A stretch of 50,530 nucleotides of DNA from Candidatus Methylomirabilota bacterium (GTDB lineage: Bacteria > Methylomirabilota > Methylomirabilia > Rokubacteriales > CSP1-6), in assembly GCA_035649755.1 (NCBI GenBank), contig DASRIY010000474.1:1-50530 (forward strand). The letters run 5' to 3'. The notes beneath the pieces were generated by a model, which saw nothing but the letters and a program-made list of their open reading frames with translations, was not told where the DNA came from and ran no database searches. Below, piece after piece: positions 8,028 through 17,277 of this stretch. Within the stretch, counting starts at the first letter, position 1. Each line of letters starts with the position of its first letter. The position numbers were made by a program, and so were the translations under genes.

Positions 8028-10465
8028 GAGGTAAATGGCCGCGCGACGACGGCGTCGGCCGGCTGGCCAAACGCCGACTCGACCACGAGCGGCTCCTTGA
8101 AGGTCAAAAGTGGCAGCTTCTGAGGGCCGACGCGGCCAGGCCGGCCCAGCCGCTTTTCCTCCAGCGCCTTGAGAATCTTGTCGGGCGTGATCGGGACCTC
8201 GTCGATCCGGATCCCGAGCGCGTGATGGATCGCGTTCGCGATGGCCGGAATCACCGGGAGCAGCGGCCCCTGCCCCGCTTCCTTGGCGCCGAACGGTCCC
8301 TCCGGATCATCGGTCTCCACGAGGATGGTGTGGATCTCGGGCGTCTCGAGGGTGGTCGGGCTCTTGTAGTCGAGCATCGAGGGGTGCTTGTGCAGATTCT
8401 TCCTGAACACCTGCTCCTCCATCAAGGCCTCGCCGATGCCCATGTAGACCGAGCCTTCCACCTGTCCCTCGACCAGGAGCGGGTTGAGGGCGCGGCCGAC
8501 GTCGTGGGCGATCCACACGTTCTCGAGATCGACCTGCCCGGTTTGCTCGTCGACGCTGAGATCGACGACACACGCCGAGTAGGAGTAGCAGGGGGACGGT
8601 CCGACGCCGCCGCCCTTGAATTTCCCCGCGCGCTTGGGCGGCGCGTACGAGCCCGGGAACGCCAGCACACCGTGCAGGGCCTCGCCGAGCTCGACCGCCC
8701 GCGCGAACGGCACCGCCTTGTCCCAGTCGTCGGACACCCCCACCTTGCGGTCGCGGGCCACGAGCGACGCTGGGCTCACCTCGAGCTTCTTCGCGACCGC
8801 CGTGAAGATGGCAGCGCGGAGGCGCTCGGCCGCCTGGATGGCCGCCATGCCGCACATGAGCGTGACGCGCGACGAGTACGAGCCCAGATCGACGGGGGTC
8901 AGGCTCGTATCAGCGGGATGAACGTGGATGTCCTTCGGATCGATGCCGAGGATTTCGGCCGTCACGTACGCGAGGACGGAATCCGACCCCTGGCCGATGT
9001 CGGTGGCGCCGCACAGCACCGCGACGCCGCCGCTGCGGTCCGCGCGCGTGATCACGCCCGAGTGGGGCATGTCGTTCCAGTAGATCGCGGTGCCGGCGCC
9101 GGTGAGATAGGCCGAGCAGGCGATCCCGACTCCCCGCTTGCGGGGTGATGCCGGCCCCGGCTGCTTCGCCGTGACCCCGAAGCGGGCGCGCTTGTCGCGC
9201 CAGCCCGAGGCCTCGACGACCTTGTCGATGCACTCGCCGAGACCGATCGTGGTGACGGTCAGATGGTTGGCGGTCTTGGTGAACGGCTCAGCGACGATCC
9301 GCCGGCGCAATGCCGCCGGATCGAGCCCGAGCTGCTCGGCCGCCTTATCGATCTGGCACTCGAGCGCGAAGCGGGGCTGGGGCGTGCCGTGACCGCGTTT
9401 GGGGCCGCACGGGGGCTTGTTGGTGAAGATGCGCGCCCCCTCGAACTTGTAAACGGGAATCTTGTAGGTCACCGGATTGATCACGCCCGTGTAGAACGTG
9501 GAGGCGACACCGTACGAGCCGTAGGCGCCGCCGTCCAGCCACGTGCGGAGGTGGCAGCCGGTGATGTCGCCCTGCTTCGTGAATCCCGTTTTGATCCACA
9601 TCAGCACGGGATGGCGGCCGCGGTGAGTGTAGAAGACCTCCTCGCGCGTCAGCGCGATCTTGACGGGCCGGCCGGTGAGCTTCGAGAGCTGGCAGGCCAC
9701 GATCTCGTGGGCGAACGGATCGGTCTTGCCCCCGAAGCCGCCGCCGACCGGCGTCGCGACGACACGCACGTGCGCGGCCGGGATGTCGAGCGTCTTGGCC
9801 AGGAGCCGGTGGACGTAGTGCGGCGTCTGCGTCGAGGACCACAGAGTGACCTTGCCGTCCGATCCCCACTGGGCGACCGCGGCGTGCTGCTCCATCGGCA
9901 GATGATTGTTACCTTCGAAGAAGAAGACGTCCTCGCGAACCAGATCGGCCCGCTCGAAGGCGCTCTCGACGTCGCCGAACTGGAGGGCGACGTTCTTGTG
10001 GACGTTCGGCCCGTCGCCGTAGTCGTGAATGCGGACCTCGGGATGGGTGAGCGAGTCGAAGATGGACATGAGGGCCGGCAAGGGCTCGTAGTCCACGTCG
10101 ATGAGCCGGCAGGCGCGCTCGGCGGTCTCCTCGTCGACGGCCGCCACCGCGGCGATCGGGTCGCCGACCATGCGCACCTTGTCGTTGCACAGGGCTTCCT
10201 CGTCCTGCGAGACCGGCAGGATGCCGAACTTCACGCGCGGCAGGTCGGCGCCGGTGACGACCGCGTAGACTCCGGGCAGGGCAAGGGCCCGCGTCGTGTC
10301 GATGGAGCGGATGCGGGCGTGGGCGTGCGCGCTGCGGAGCAGCTTGCCGTACGCCATGCGCGGCAGGAAGAGATCGTCGGCGTACTTCGTCTCGCCGACC
10401 ACCTTCGCCCACGCGTCGATCTTGGGCAGCGGCTGGCCGATGACCGCGAAGTCGTTCTTGCTCAT
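8024..10465 (-). CDS. hcrA: 4-hydroxybenzoyl-CoA reductase alpha-like molybdopterin subunit (xanthine dehydrogenase family)
   Basis: Start moved to ATG 10465 (MSKNDFAVIGQ; 813 aa). STQTPH, GGGFGGK, RGHG, DIGQGS, GSYSSRVT and GQVEG motifs; the catalytic motif reads GAKEAGQG. Confidence 0.75.
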   Translation of the reverse strand: MSKNDFAVIGQPLPKIDAWAKVVGETKYADDLFLPRMAYGKLLRSAHAHARIRSIDTTRALALPGVYAVVTGADLPRVKFGILPVSQDEEALCNDKVRMVGDPIAAVAAVDEETAERACRLIDVDYEPLPALMSIFDSLTHPEVRIHDYGDGPNVHKNVALQFGDVESAFERADLVREDVFFFEGNNHLPMEQHAAVAQWGSDGKVTLWSSTQTPHYVHRLLAKTLDIPAAHVRVVATPVGGGFGGKTDPFAHEIVACQLSKLTGRPVKIALTREEVFYTHRGRHPVLMWIKTGFTKQGDITGCHLRTWLDGGAYGSYGVASTFYTGVINPVTYKIPVYKFEGARIFTNKPPCGPKRGHGTPQPRFALECQIDKAAEQLGLDPAALRRRIVAEPFTKTANHLTVTTIGLGECIDKVVEASGWRDKRARFGVTAKQPGPASPRKRGVGIACSAYLTGAGTAIYWNDMPHSGVITRADRSGGVAVLCGATDIGQGSDSVLAYVTAEILGIDPKDIHVHPADTSLTPVDLGSYSSRVTLMCGMAAIQAAERLRAAIFTAVAKKLEVSPASLVARDRKVGVSDDWDKAVPFARAVELGEALHGVLAFPGSYAPPKRAGKFKGGGVGPSPCYSYSACVVDLSVDEQTGQVDLENVWIAHDVGRALNPLLVEGQVEGSVYMGIGEALMEEQVFRKNLHKHPSMLDYKSPTTLETPEIHTILVETDDPEGPFGAKEAGQGPLLPVIPAIANAIHHALGIRIDEVPITPDKILKALEEKRLGRPGRVGPQKLPLLTFKEPLVVESAFGQPADAVVARPFTS

Positions 10466-10947
10466 GCGCGGCTCTCCCTGTTTCCCATTCGCAACGCCGC
10501 CAGCTCGACGGCGTCGAGGATCTTCGTGTAGCCGGTGCAACGACACAGGTTGCCGGCGAGCGCCTCTTTCACTTCCTGGCGCGTCGGGCTCGGACGCTCG
10601 GCCAGGAGGGCCGTGGCGGTCAAGAGAATGCCGGGGGTGCAGTATCCGCACTGGGCGGCGCCGAGCTCGGCAAAGGCCTGCTGGAGCGGGTGCAGGCGGC
10701 CCCCCTGCGCCATCCCCTCGACCGTCGTGATGCGGCGCCCCTCGACCTCGACGGGGAGCACGAGGCAGGAGAGCACGGGCTCGCCGTCGACGAGCACGGT
10801 GCAGGTACCGCACTCTCCGAGCTCACAGCCGTGCTTGGTCCCGGTGAGCCCGAGGTCCTCGCGGAGCACCTCCAGGAGGGTCTTGTGGACCGGGGCGAGC
10901 GCCTCGCGGGCCTCGTCGTTGACGGTCAGGGCGATCCGGACCCTCAT
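10462..10947 (-). CDS. hcrC: 2x[2Fe-2S] small subunit (HcrC/CoxS-like)
   Basis: GCELGECGTCTV...SC and QCGYCTPG...LCRCTGY; ATGA overlap with hcrA. Confidence 0.8.
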   Translation of the reverse strand: MRVRIALTVNDEAREALAPVHKTLLEVLREDLGLTGTKHGCELGECGTCTVLVDGEPVLSCLVLPVEVEGRRITTVEGMAQGGRLHPLQQAFAELGAAQCGYCTPGILLTATALLAERPSPTRQEVKEALAGNLCRCTGYTKILDAVELAALRMGNRESRA

Positions 10948-10995
10948 GGGAGCTCCATCACGTCGGGGAGTTTAGCGTGGATGAACGTCGGTTTA

Positions 10996-11025
10996 AAAAT
11001 ACTGAACTGGTCGAAGGCCTGTCAA
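10996..11025 (-). promoter_or_regulatory. Putative sigma-70 promoter of the hcr-box operon
   Basis: Minus strand TTGACA (11025-11020) - 18 nt - TATTTT (11001-10996) in an AT-rich divergent intergenic region. Confidence 0.55.
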
Positions 11026-11071
11026 GTGCGAATCCTTGGGCGAAGAAACCGCGGGCGGCTAAGATACCCCC

Positions 11072-11896
11072 GTGCCGTTCGCCAGGGCCGCCGACAAGGT
11101 CCGGATCTACTACGAGGCGCACGGGAGCGGGACGCCCCTCGTGCTCGCCTACGGCATCGGCGGCAATGCCGAGATGTGGGATGTCAACCGCGACGCCCTG
11201 GCCGCCCGCCACCGGCTGATCCTCTGGGAGCCCCGCGGCCACGCGCGCTCGGACAGTCCCGAAGACCCCGCGAAGTACTCGTTCGAGCGGTGGGTCTTCG
11301 ACCTCAAAGCGGTGCTCGACCGCCTGGGCATCCGGAAGGCGCACGTGGGCGGCCTCTCGCTCGGCGCCGGCATCGCCACTCGGTTCGCGCTCAGGTTCCC
11401 GTCGCGTGTGCGCTCGCTGGTCGTGACGAACTCATCGTCCGCCGCCGGGCTCCCGCTCTCGGTCGAGAACCTCGTGATGCGGGCGCGCTCCATCGAGATC
11501 ACGCTCACCAAGGGCATGGACGCCGTGGCGGAGTACGCGATGGTGGCCAACCCGAACCTCTCCGAGCGGCTCGCGCTCGATCCGGGCGCCCGCGCCGAGT
11601 TCTACGAGGAATACCGGCGCCTCTCCCCGATCGGGTACGCGAACTCGCTCCGCGCCCTCATCGCCATGGACCACATCACCGATCAGCTGCGGCGCCTCAG
11701 GATGCCCGTGCTGCTGATCGGCGCCGACCGCGACCCCTCGCTCGAGCCGATGAAGGTGATGCATCGCCGCGTGCGCGGCTCTCGCCTGGCGGTCCTCTCG
11801 CCGGCGAGTCACTTCGGAAACCGCGATCAGCCCGAGGCGTGGAACCGGACGGTGCTCGAGTTCCTCGCCCGCTGCGATCGCCGGACGCGAGGCTAG
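11072..11896 (+). CDS. Alpha/beta hydrolase (PcaD/lactonase-like)
   Basis: RGHARS, GLSLG nucleophile elbow, GADRDP acid residue and SH catalytic His. Confidence 0.85.
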   Translation: MPFARAADKVRIYYEAHGSGTPLVLAYGIGGNAEMWDVNRDALAARHRLILWEPRGHARSDSPEDPAKYSFERWVFDLKAVLDRLGIRKAHVGGLSLGAGIATRFALRFPSRVRSLVVTNSSSAAGLPLSVENLVMRARSIEITLTKGMDAVAEYAMVANPNLSERLALDPGARAEFYEEYRRLSPIGYANSLRALIAMDHITDQLRRLRMPVLLIGADRDPSLEPMKVMHRRVRGSRLAVLSPASHFGNRDQPEAWNRTVLEFLARCDRRTRG

Positions 11897-11900
11897 GCCC

Positions 11901-13250
11901 ATGGACCATCCGCGCGTCCTGGTCGTCGACGACGACGCCGATGTCGGCGGGCTCCTGCGCGAGGCGCTGAGCCGCTGGGGTTACGACGTCACCCTGGCGA
12001 CGAGCGGCCGCGAAGCGGTCCGGCTGATCAGCCATCAGATCTTCGACGCGGCCCTGGTCGACATCTGGATGCCCGAGATGGACGGCCTGCAGGTGCTCGA
12101 AGAGATCAAGCGGCACGACCCGGCCCTCGAGGTCGTGATGATGACCGGCGACCCGATGGTCGAGACGGCTGTCCAGGCGCTGAAGTCCGGGGCCTACGAC
12201 TACCTCATCAAGCCGCTGAACCTGGACGAGATGCAGGTCCTCATGCAGCAGGTCCTCGAGAAGCGCTTCCTGAGCCGCGAGGTGCACTCGCTGCGAAGCC
12301 GCCTGGCCGACCACCTGGCGGTCAAGGACCTGGTGGGCTCGTCGCTGGGCATGACGAGAGTGAAAGAAGTGATCGCCACCATCGCGGACTCGGACTCGCC
12401 CGTGCTGATCGAGGGCGAGAGCGGGACTGGCAAGGAGCTGGTGGCGGCGGCGATCCATCGCCAATCGCAGCGGTCCAAGGGCCCGTTCGTACCTGTGAAC
12501 TGCAGCGCCATCCCCGCCGACCTCATGGAGTCGGAGTTCTTCGGCCATGTTCGCGGAGCCTTTTCGGGCGCCGTGGCCGACGCCCTCGGTCTCTTTCGCT
12601 CCGCCCACGGCGGCACTCTCTTCCTCGACGAGATCGCCGAGCTGTCACCGGCGCTGCAGGCGAAGCTTTTGCGGGTCCTCCAGGAAAAGGAGATCCGGCC
12701 GGTCGGCTCGACCAAGACCCACGCGGTCAGCGTCCGGATGATTGCTGCGACCAACAAGATCCTCGAGAACGTGGTGCAGGGCGGGAGCTTCCGCCAGGAC
12801 CTCTTCTACCGGCTCAACGTCGTGCGCATCGTGGTGCCGCCCCTCCGCGAGCGGAAGGACGACATTCCGGCGCTCATCACGTACTTCATCCGGAGGTTCA
12901 ACGAGCGGTTCCGGCGCGACGTGAAAGGCATCGCCCCCGATGCGATCGCCGCCCTGACCGCCTACGACTTCCCGGGCAACGTGCGCGAGCTCGAAAACCT
13001 GCTCGAGCGAGCGTACGCCCTCGGCGCGCGCGACGAGATCGAGCGCGCGAGCTTCCCCGAGCTGGCCGCCAGGTCGGATGCGCCGGTCGTGACGGTCGAC
13101 GAGCCGATTCCCACGATCGATCAGGCCGAGCGCGATCTGATCGCGCGCGCCCTCACGCGGTTCAAGAACGATAAGGACCAGGCGGCCCGCGCGCTCGGTC
13201 TCACCGTGCGCACGCTCTATCGCCGCATCAAAAAGTTCGGCCTCGTCTAG
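11901..13250 (+). CDS. Sigma-54-dependent response regulator (NtrC/AtoC family: REC-AAA-HTH)
   Basis: VVDDD/DIWMP receiver, GESGTGKE Walker A, GAFSGA loop, LFLDEI, FRQDLFYRLNV, FPGNVREL and a Fis-type HTH. Confidence 0.93.
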   Translation: MDHPRVLVVDDDADVGGLLREALSRWGYDVTLATSGREAVRLISHQIFDAALVDIWMPEMDGLQVLEEIKRHDPALEVVMMTGDPMVETAVQALKSGAYDYLIKPLNLDEMQVLMQQVLEKRFLSREVHSLRSRLADHLAVKDLVGSSLGMTRVKEVIATIADSDSPVLIEGESGTGKELVAAAIHRQSQRSKGPFVPVNCSAIPADLMESEFFGHVRGAFSGAVADALGLFRSAHGGTLFLDEIAELSPALQAKLLRVLQEKEIRPVGSTKTHAVSVRMIAATNKILENVVQGGSFRQDLFYRLNVVRIVVPPLRERKDDIPALITYFIRRFNERFRRDVKGIAPDAIAALTAYDFPGNVRELENLLERAYALGARDEIERASFPELAARSDAPVVTVDEPIPTIDQAERDLIARALTRFKNDKDQAARALGLTVRTLYRRIKKFGLV

Positions 13251-13317
13251 CCAGTCCTGGCCATCTCGGCGTCAAAATTGTCAAGCTACGGACGGATTGC
13301 TCGGTCGTCGGCGGATG

Positions 13318-13330
13318 CAACTTCTCGATT
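13318..13330 (-). promoter_or_regulatory. Putative IHF site
   Basis: AATCGAGAAGTTG matches WATCAANNNNTTR with one mismatch, just upstream of the -24/-12 element. Confidence 0.4.
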
Positions 13331-13349
13331 TCAAAGCCAGCCCTACCCC

Positions 13350-13365
13350 TGGCACTGAACCTGCT
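13350..13365 (+). promoter_or_regulatory. Sigma-54 (-24/-12) promoter
   Basis: TGGCACTGAACCTGCT with exact GG-N10-GC spacing, directly downstream of an NtrC-family gene. Confidence 0.65.
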
Positions 13366-13378
13366 GTTTCCATTCGTC

Positions 13379-13798
13379 GTGAGCTCGCGCGAGTTGACCG
13401 CCGCCGCTCGATGGATTCTGGTCGCTGATGGGGACGAAGCGGCGGCCAATCGCGTGGCCGGCGCCCTGCTCCAGGCCCGCTTCAGAGCCTATCCGGCCGC
13501 GCGCGGGCTCGACGCGCTGCGGCTCGCCCGGCGACATCGCATCGGCCTGGCGGTCATCGACGTCGATCTGATCGACATGCAGGGGTGCGACCTCGTCCGC
13601 CGGCTCCGCGCGATCGAGCCGGGACTGCCGGTCGTCATGACCACCGGGGACTACCGGCCGGCGACGGAGGTCGAGGCGCGCCAGCTGGGCATCGTGCAAT
13701 ACATACACAAGCCGGTCGATCTGGCCCGGCTCGATCTGGTCGTCGCGCGCATCTTCGCCCAGGAGGCCGAGCTGGCGCCTCCTGGCGTCAGCGGCTAG
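13379..13798 (+). CDS. Single-domain response regulator (receiver)
   Basis: ILVADGD, AVIDVDL phospho-Asp, VMTTG and YIHKP motifs. Start uncertain (GTG 13379 or TTG 13394). Confidence 0.8.
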   Translation: MSSRELTAAARWILVADGDEAAANRVAGALLQARFRAYPAARGLDALRLARRHRIGLAVIDVDLIDMQGCDLVRRLRAIEPGLPVVMTTGDYRPATEVEARQLGIVQYIHKPVDLARLDLVVARIFAQEAELAPPGVSG

Positions 13799-13799
13799 C

Positions 13800-14417
13800 T
13801 CACTTCGGTTTCCGCGCCCGCGCGTGGCTCGACAGCCCGCGCTCCCAGAGGTACTCCTGCTCGCCCAGGTGCTTGCCGACCCAGCGGCCGAGCACGAAGA
13901 AGACGTCGCTCAGGCGGTTGACATACCGGAGCGGCCACTCGCCAATGGGCTCGACGCGCGAGAGCGCCAGGAGCTCGCGCTCGACGCGGCGGCACACGGT
14001 GCGAGCCTGATGCAGGAAGCCTTGTATCCGCCCGCCGCCCGGCAGGATGAACGACTTGAGCGGCGGTAAGTCCTTCTGGCAGCGGTCCATAAGGGCCTCG
14101 AGCTCCTTCACCTCGCCCTCACCCACACGGAACATCCCCTCGTAGACCGCCTCGGGCGGCGTCGCGAGCTCGCTACCGAGGTCGAACAACTGGTTCTGGA
14201 TCTTCCGGAGGACCTCGTCGAGCCAGCGGTGCCGCTCGCCCTCGCCGATGCGCTCCGCGTTGAACACCCGGACCAAGCCGACGACGGCGTTCAGCTCGTC
14301 GACCGAGCCGTAGGCGACGATGCGCGGCGAGTCCTTTGGCACTCGCTTGCCGCCGACCAGGGCGGTCTCCCCTTTGTCGCCGGTTCGGGTGTAGACGCGG
14401 GTGATGCTGATCGGCAT
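13800..14417 (-). CDS. pduO: ATP:cob(I)alamin adenosyltransferase, PduO type
   Basis: VYTRTGDKGET, YGSVDELN, QNQLFDLG, FILPGG, ARTVCRRVER and YVNRLSD; SD GGAGG. Confidence 0.9.
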   Translation of the reverse strand: MPISITRVYTRTGDKGETALVGGKRVPKDSPRIVAYGSVDELNAVVGLVRVFNAERIGEGERHRWLDEVLRKIQNQLFDLGSELATPPEAVYEGMFRVGEGEVKELEALMDRCQKDLPPLKSFILPGGGRIQGFLHQARTVCRRVERELLALSRVEPIGEWPLRYVNRLSDVFFVLGRWVGKHLGEQEYLWERGLSSHARARKPK

Positions 14418-14487
14418 GGGTCCCTCCGTTGAGCGCTTCGCCGGTATTCTACTTGAAGGGGCCGGAGCGCTCGGCGATCATCGGGGC

Positions 14488-15675
14488 GTGAGATCTCGCG
14501 CGCGCGCGGTGCTGGCTACCGCCTGCAGCATCCACTTCGTCCACGACGGGTTCTCCGACATCCTCTACGTCCTGCTGCCGCTGTGGGCGACCGACTTCGG
14601 CCTGACGTTCGCCCAGGTCGGGATGATCCGCACCGCCTACAGCGGCGGGATGGCCGCGTTCCAGATTCCGGCGGGGCTCCTCGCCGAGCGATGGGGCGAG
14701 CGGCGACTGCTGGCGGCAGGCACCGCGATCACCGCGCTTGGATTCATCGCGGTCGGAGCGGTGGGCGGATTCCTCGCGCTCCTGGGTGTGCTGCTTGTGG
14801 CCGGGATCGGCTCCGGCGTCCAGCACCCGCTCTCATCGTCGCTCGTCTCCAAGGCCTACGAGACAGGCCCGCGACGCACCGCGCTCGGGACCTACAACTT
14901 CTCCGGCGACATCGGCAAGGTCGTGGTGCCGGCGGCAGTCGCGCTGGCCGCCACCGTCGTCGGCTGGCGCACGGCGTCGATGGCGTACGGAGTGGTCGGG
15001 GTGCTCGCCGCGCTCGGCATTCTCGGCGTGCTCGCCCGTCTCACGCCCGACCTGCCGGACGTCGGCGACCGGCCGAGGCAGGCGGAGACGGCAATGTCCG
15101 GCTGGGGCATCCGGGACGCGCGCGGCTTCAGCGCCCTGACCGCCATCGGCATGATCGACAACGCGGCCCGCACGGGGTTTCTCACCTTCCTGCCCTTCGC
15201 GCTGATCGCCAAGGGCTCCACGGTGGCCGGCGTCGGCACGGCGCTGGCGCTCGTCTTCGCGGGCGGTGCGGTCGGCAAGTTCGTCTGCGGTGTCGTCGCC
15301 GAGCGGCTCGGCGTCATCCGGACGGTGGTGCTCACGGAGGCCGCGACCACGCTCTGCATCCTCTCCATCGTCGCGGCGCCGCTCCCCGTCGCTCTCGCGA
15401 TCCTGCCGCTGATGGGGGTGGCGCTGAACGGAACGTCCTCGGTGCTCTACGGGACGGTCGCCGACCTCGTCACCGCCGAGCGCCGCTCCCGCGCCTACGG
15501 CCTCTACTACACGACCACGATCGCGGCGTCGGCGCTCTCGCCCTCGCTGTATGGCCTCGTCAGTGACGCCGCCGGAGTCAGTACGACTCTCGTCATCGTC
15601 GCGGTCATGGTCCTCGTCACGATTCCGCTGTGCCTGGCGCTGCGGGCGTCGGTCGCCGAGCCCGCGGTGTCGTGA
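14488..15675 (+). CDS. MFS transporter (Fsr-like)
   Basis: About 12 hydrophobic segments, GLLAERWGERRLL motif A and GSGVQHP. Start moved to GTG 14488 to avoid overlap with pduO. Confidence 0.85.
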   Translation: MRSRARAVLATACSIHFVHDGFSDILYVLLPLWATDFGLTFAQVGMIRTAYSGGMAAFQIPAGLLAERWGERRLLAAGTAITALGFIAVGAVGGFLALLGVLLVAGIGSGVQHPLSSSLVSKAYETGPRRTALGTYNFSGDIGKVVVPAAVALAATVVGWRTASMAYGVVGVLAALGILGVLARLTPDLPDVGDRPRQAETAMSGWGIRDARGFSALTAIGMIDNAARTGFLTFLPFALIAKGSTVAGVGTALALVFAGGAVGKFVCGVVAERLGVIRTVVLTEAATTLCILSIVAAPLPVALAILPLMGVALNGTSSVLYGTVADLVTAERRSRAYGLYYTTTIAASALSPSLYGLVSDAAGVSTTLVIVAVMVLVTIPLCLALRASVAEPAVS

Positions 15676-15693
15676 CAGAGCACTGGTCCGGGA

Positions 15694-16164
15694 TCAGGTG
15701 AGCGCGATCTCCATGAAGCGGGTGCCCGCCACAGGGCTCGCGTAGTAGGGCGCAATCTCGACGAATCCGAGCACTCGATAGAGCGCCTGCGCGTCTTTCA
15801 TCGAGGGCAGCGTGTCGAGCCGCATCCGCGAATACCCGATCGAGCGTGCCTCGCCGATCACCGCCTCGGCCAGGAGGCGGCCGACTCGCTTGCCGCGGGC
15901 GGCGGGGCGCACGTAGAGGCGCTTCATCTCGCAGACTTCGTCGCCGAGCGGGCGAAGCGCCACGCAGCCGGCCGGCGCCGAATCGTCGACGGCGAGCAGC
16001 AAACGTCCCCGCGGCGGCGCGTAGGCGCCGGGAAGGCCAGCCAGCTCCTGCTCGAACCCCTGGTAGCGCAGATCGACGTCGAGCGAGGCCTCGTATTCCC
16101 TGAACAGGCGCCGGGCTTCGGCGACGTCCCCGGCCGACTGCGCCGGACGGACCACCACGGTCAT
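15694..16164 (-). CDS. GNAT family N-acetyltransferase
   Basis: Start ATG 16164 (MTVVVRPA). CEMKRLYVRPAARGKRVG, RLDTLPSM and ALYRVLGF. Confidence 0.88.
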   Translation of the reverse strand: MTVVVRPAQSAGDVAEARRLFREYEASLDVDLRYQGFEQELAGLPGAYAPPRGRLLLAVDDSAPAGCVALRPLGDEVCEMKRLYVRPAARGKRVGRLLAEAVIGEARSIGYSRMRLDTLPSMKDAQALYRVLGFVEIAPYYASPVAGTRFMEIALT

Positions 16165-17276
16165 GTCAGATAGAACGGCCGTGCCGCGTCGGGACGGTAG
16201 GGATAGCGCGCGAGAACCTCGAGATCGGGATCGGCGCCGAGCCCGGGCCGACTCGGCACGGCGACGAAGCCGCCCTCGAAGCGCAGCGGCTCCGCCACGA
16301 GCGGCGCCGCGAGGTCGGTCGCCGGGAACTCGACGTAGGGCACGCCGGGCGTCGAGGCGGCGAAGTGCAGCGTCGCGGCCAGCCCCGGCCCGTAATAGAA
16401 CGAGTGCGGCACCAGCGTCGTGCTCCCGGTGGCGGCGAGCGTCGCGATCTTTTTCATCTCGAGGAGCCCGCCGACCTTCGTCACGCTCGGCTGAGCGATG
16501 TCGGCGGCGCCGTGCCCGATCAGCTCCTTGAACCCGAACACGGTCGCGTCGTTCTCGCCGGCGGCGATCGGGATCGTGAGCGCCGCCCGGACGCGCGCCA
16601 GCCCCGCGTAGTCTTCCGGCGGCCACACGGGTTCCTCCAGCCATCGAAGGTCGAATCGCTCGAGCCGCCGGCCGATGCGAATAGCGTCCTCGACCGACCA
16701 GGGACAGTTCGTGTCCAGCATGAGCTCGACACGCTCGCCGGCCGCCTCGCGCGCGGCGGCGACCGACTCGACGTCGGTCTGATGCAGCTTGATGGCCGTG
16801 TGACCCAGCTTGATCGCGGCCGACACCGCCTGCCGCACCTGCGCCGGCGTGTCGTAGCGCAAGAGGCTCGCGTACGCGCGAGCGCGCGACTGGCAGAGCC
16901 CGCCCAGCAGCTCGTAGACCGGCACACCGCGCGCCTTGCCGACCAGGTCCCACAGGGCGAGCTCGATGCCGCTCACCGCCATCATCGCGAGGCCCCGGCG
17001 CCCCCAGATCATCAGCGCCCGGTGCATCCGGTCGACCACGCTCTCGATCTGCGTGGGATCGTGACCGAGCACGAGCGGCGAGAGCGCGTCGTCGAGGATG
17101 CTGATGACCGCCATCGGCGCGCCGTAGGCGAAGCACTCGCCCCAGCCGGTGAGCCCTTCGTCGGTAGTCACGCGCACGAGAATCTGCTTGCCGGCGCCAG
17201 CCGCCCACGAGGAGGGCGGATCGACCTGGCGCAGCGGGATGGCCAGCGGGAAGGCGCGAACCTCGGTGATCTTCAT
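16161..17276 (-). CDS. Mandelate racemase/muconate-lactonizing (enolase superfamily) enzyme
   Basis: Start ATG 17276 (MKITEVRAF). ELALWDLVGK, MLDTN, WLEEP, AAGEN and PH motifs. Confidence 0.88.
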   Translation of the reverse strand: MKITEVRAFPLAIPLRQVDPPSSWAAGAGKQILVRVTTDEGLTGWGECFAYGAPMAVISILDDALSPLVLGHDPTQIESVVDRMHRALMIWGRRGLAMMAVSGIELALWDLVGKARGVPVYELLGGLCQSRARAYASLLRYDTPAQVRQAVSAAIKLGHTAIKLHQTDVESVAAAREAAGERVELMLDTNCPWSVEDAIRIGRRLERFDLRWLEEPVWPPEDYAGLARVRAALTIPIAAGENDATVFGFKELIGHGAADIAQPSVTKVGGLLEMKKIATLAATGSTTLVPHSFYYGPGLAATLHFAASTPGVPYVEFPATDLAAPLVAEPLRFEGGFVAVPSRPGLGADPDLEVLARYPYRPDAARPFYLT

Positions 17277-17277
17277 C

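Noticed and set aside
14418-14487. Cobalamin riboswitch upstream of pduO
   Set aside because: The gap is only about 70 nt and has no B12-box.
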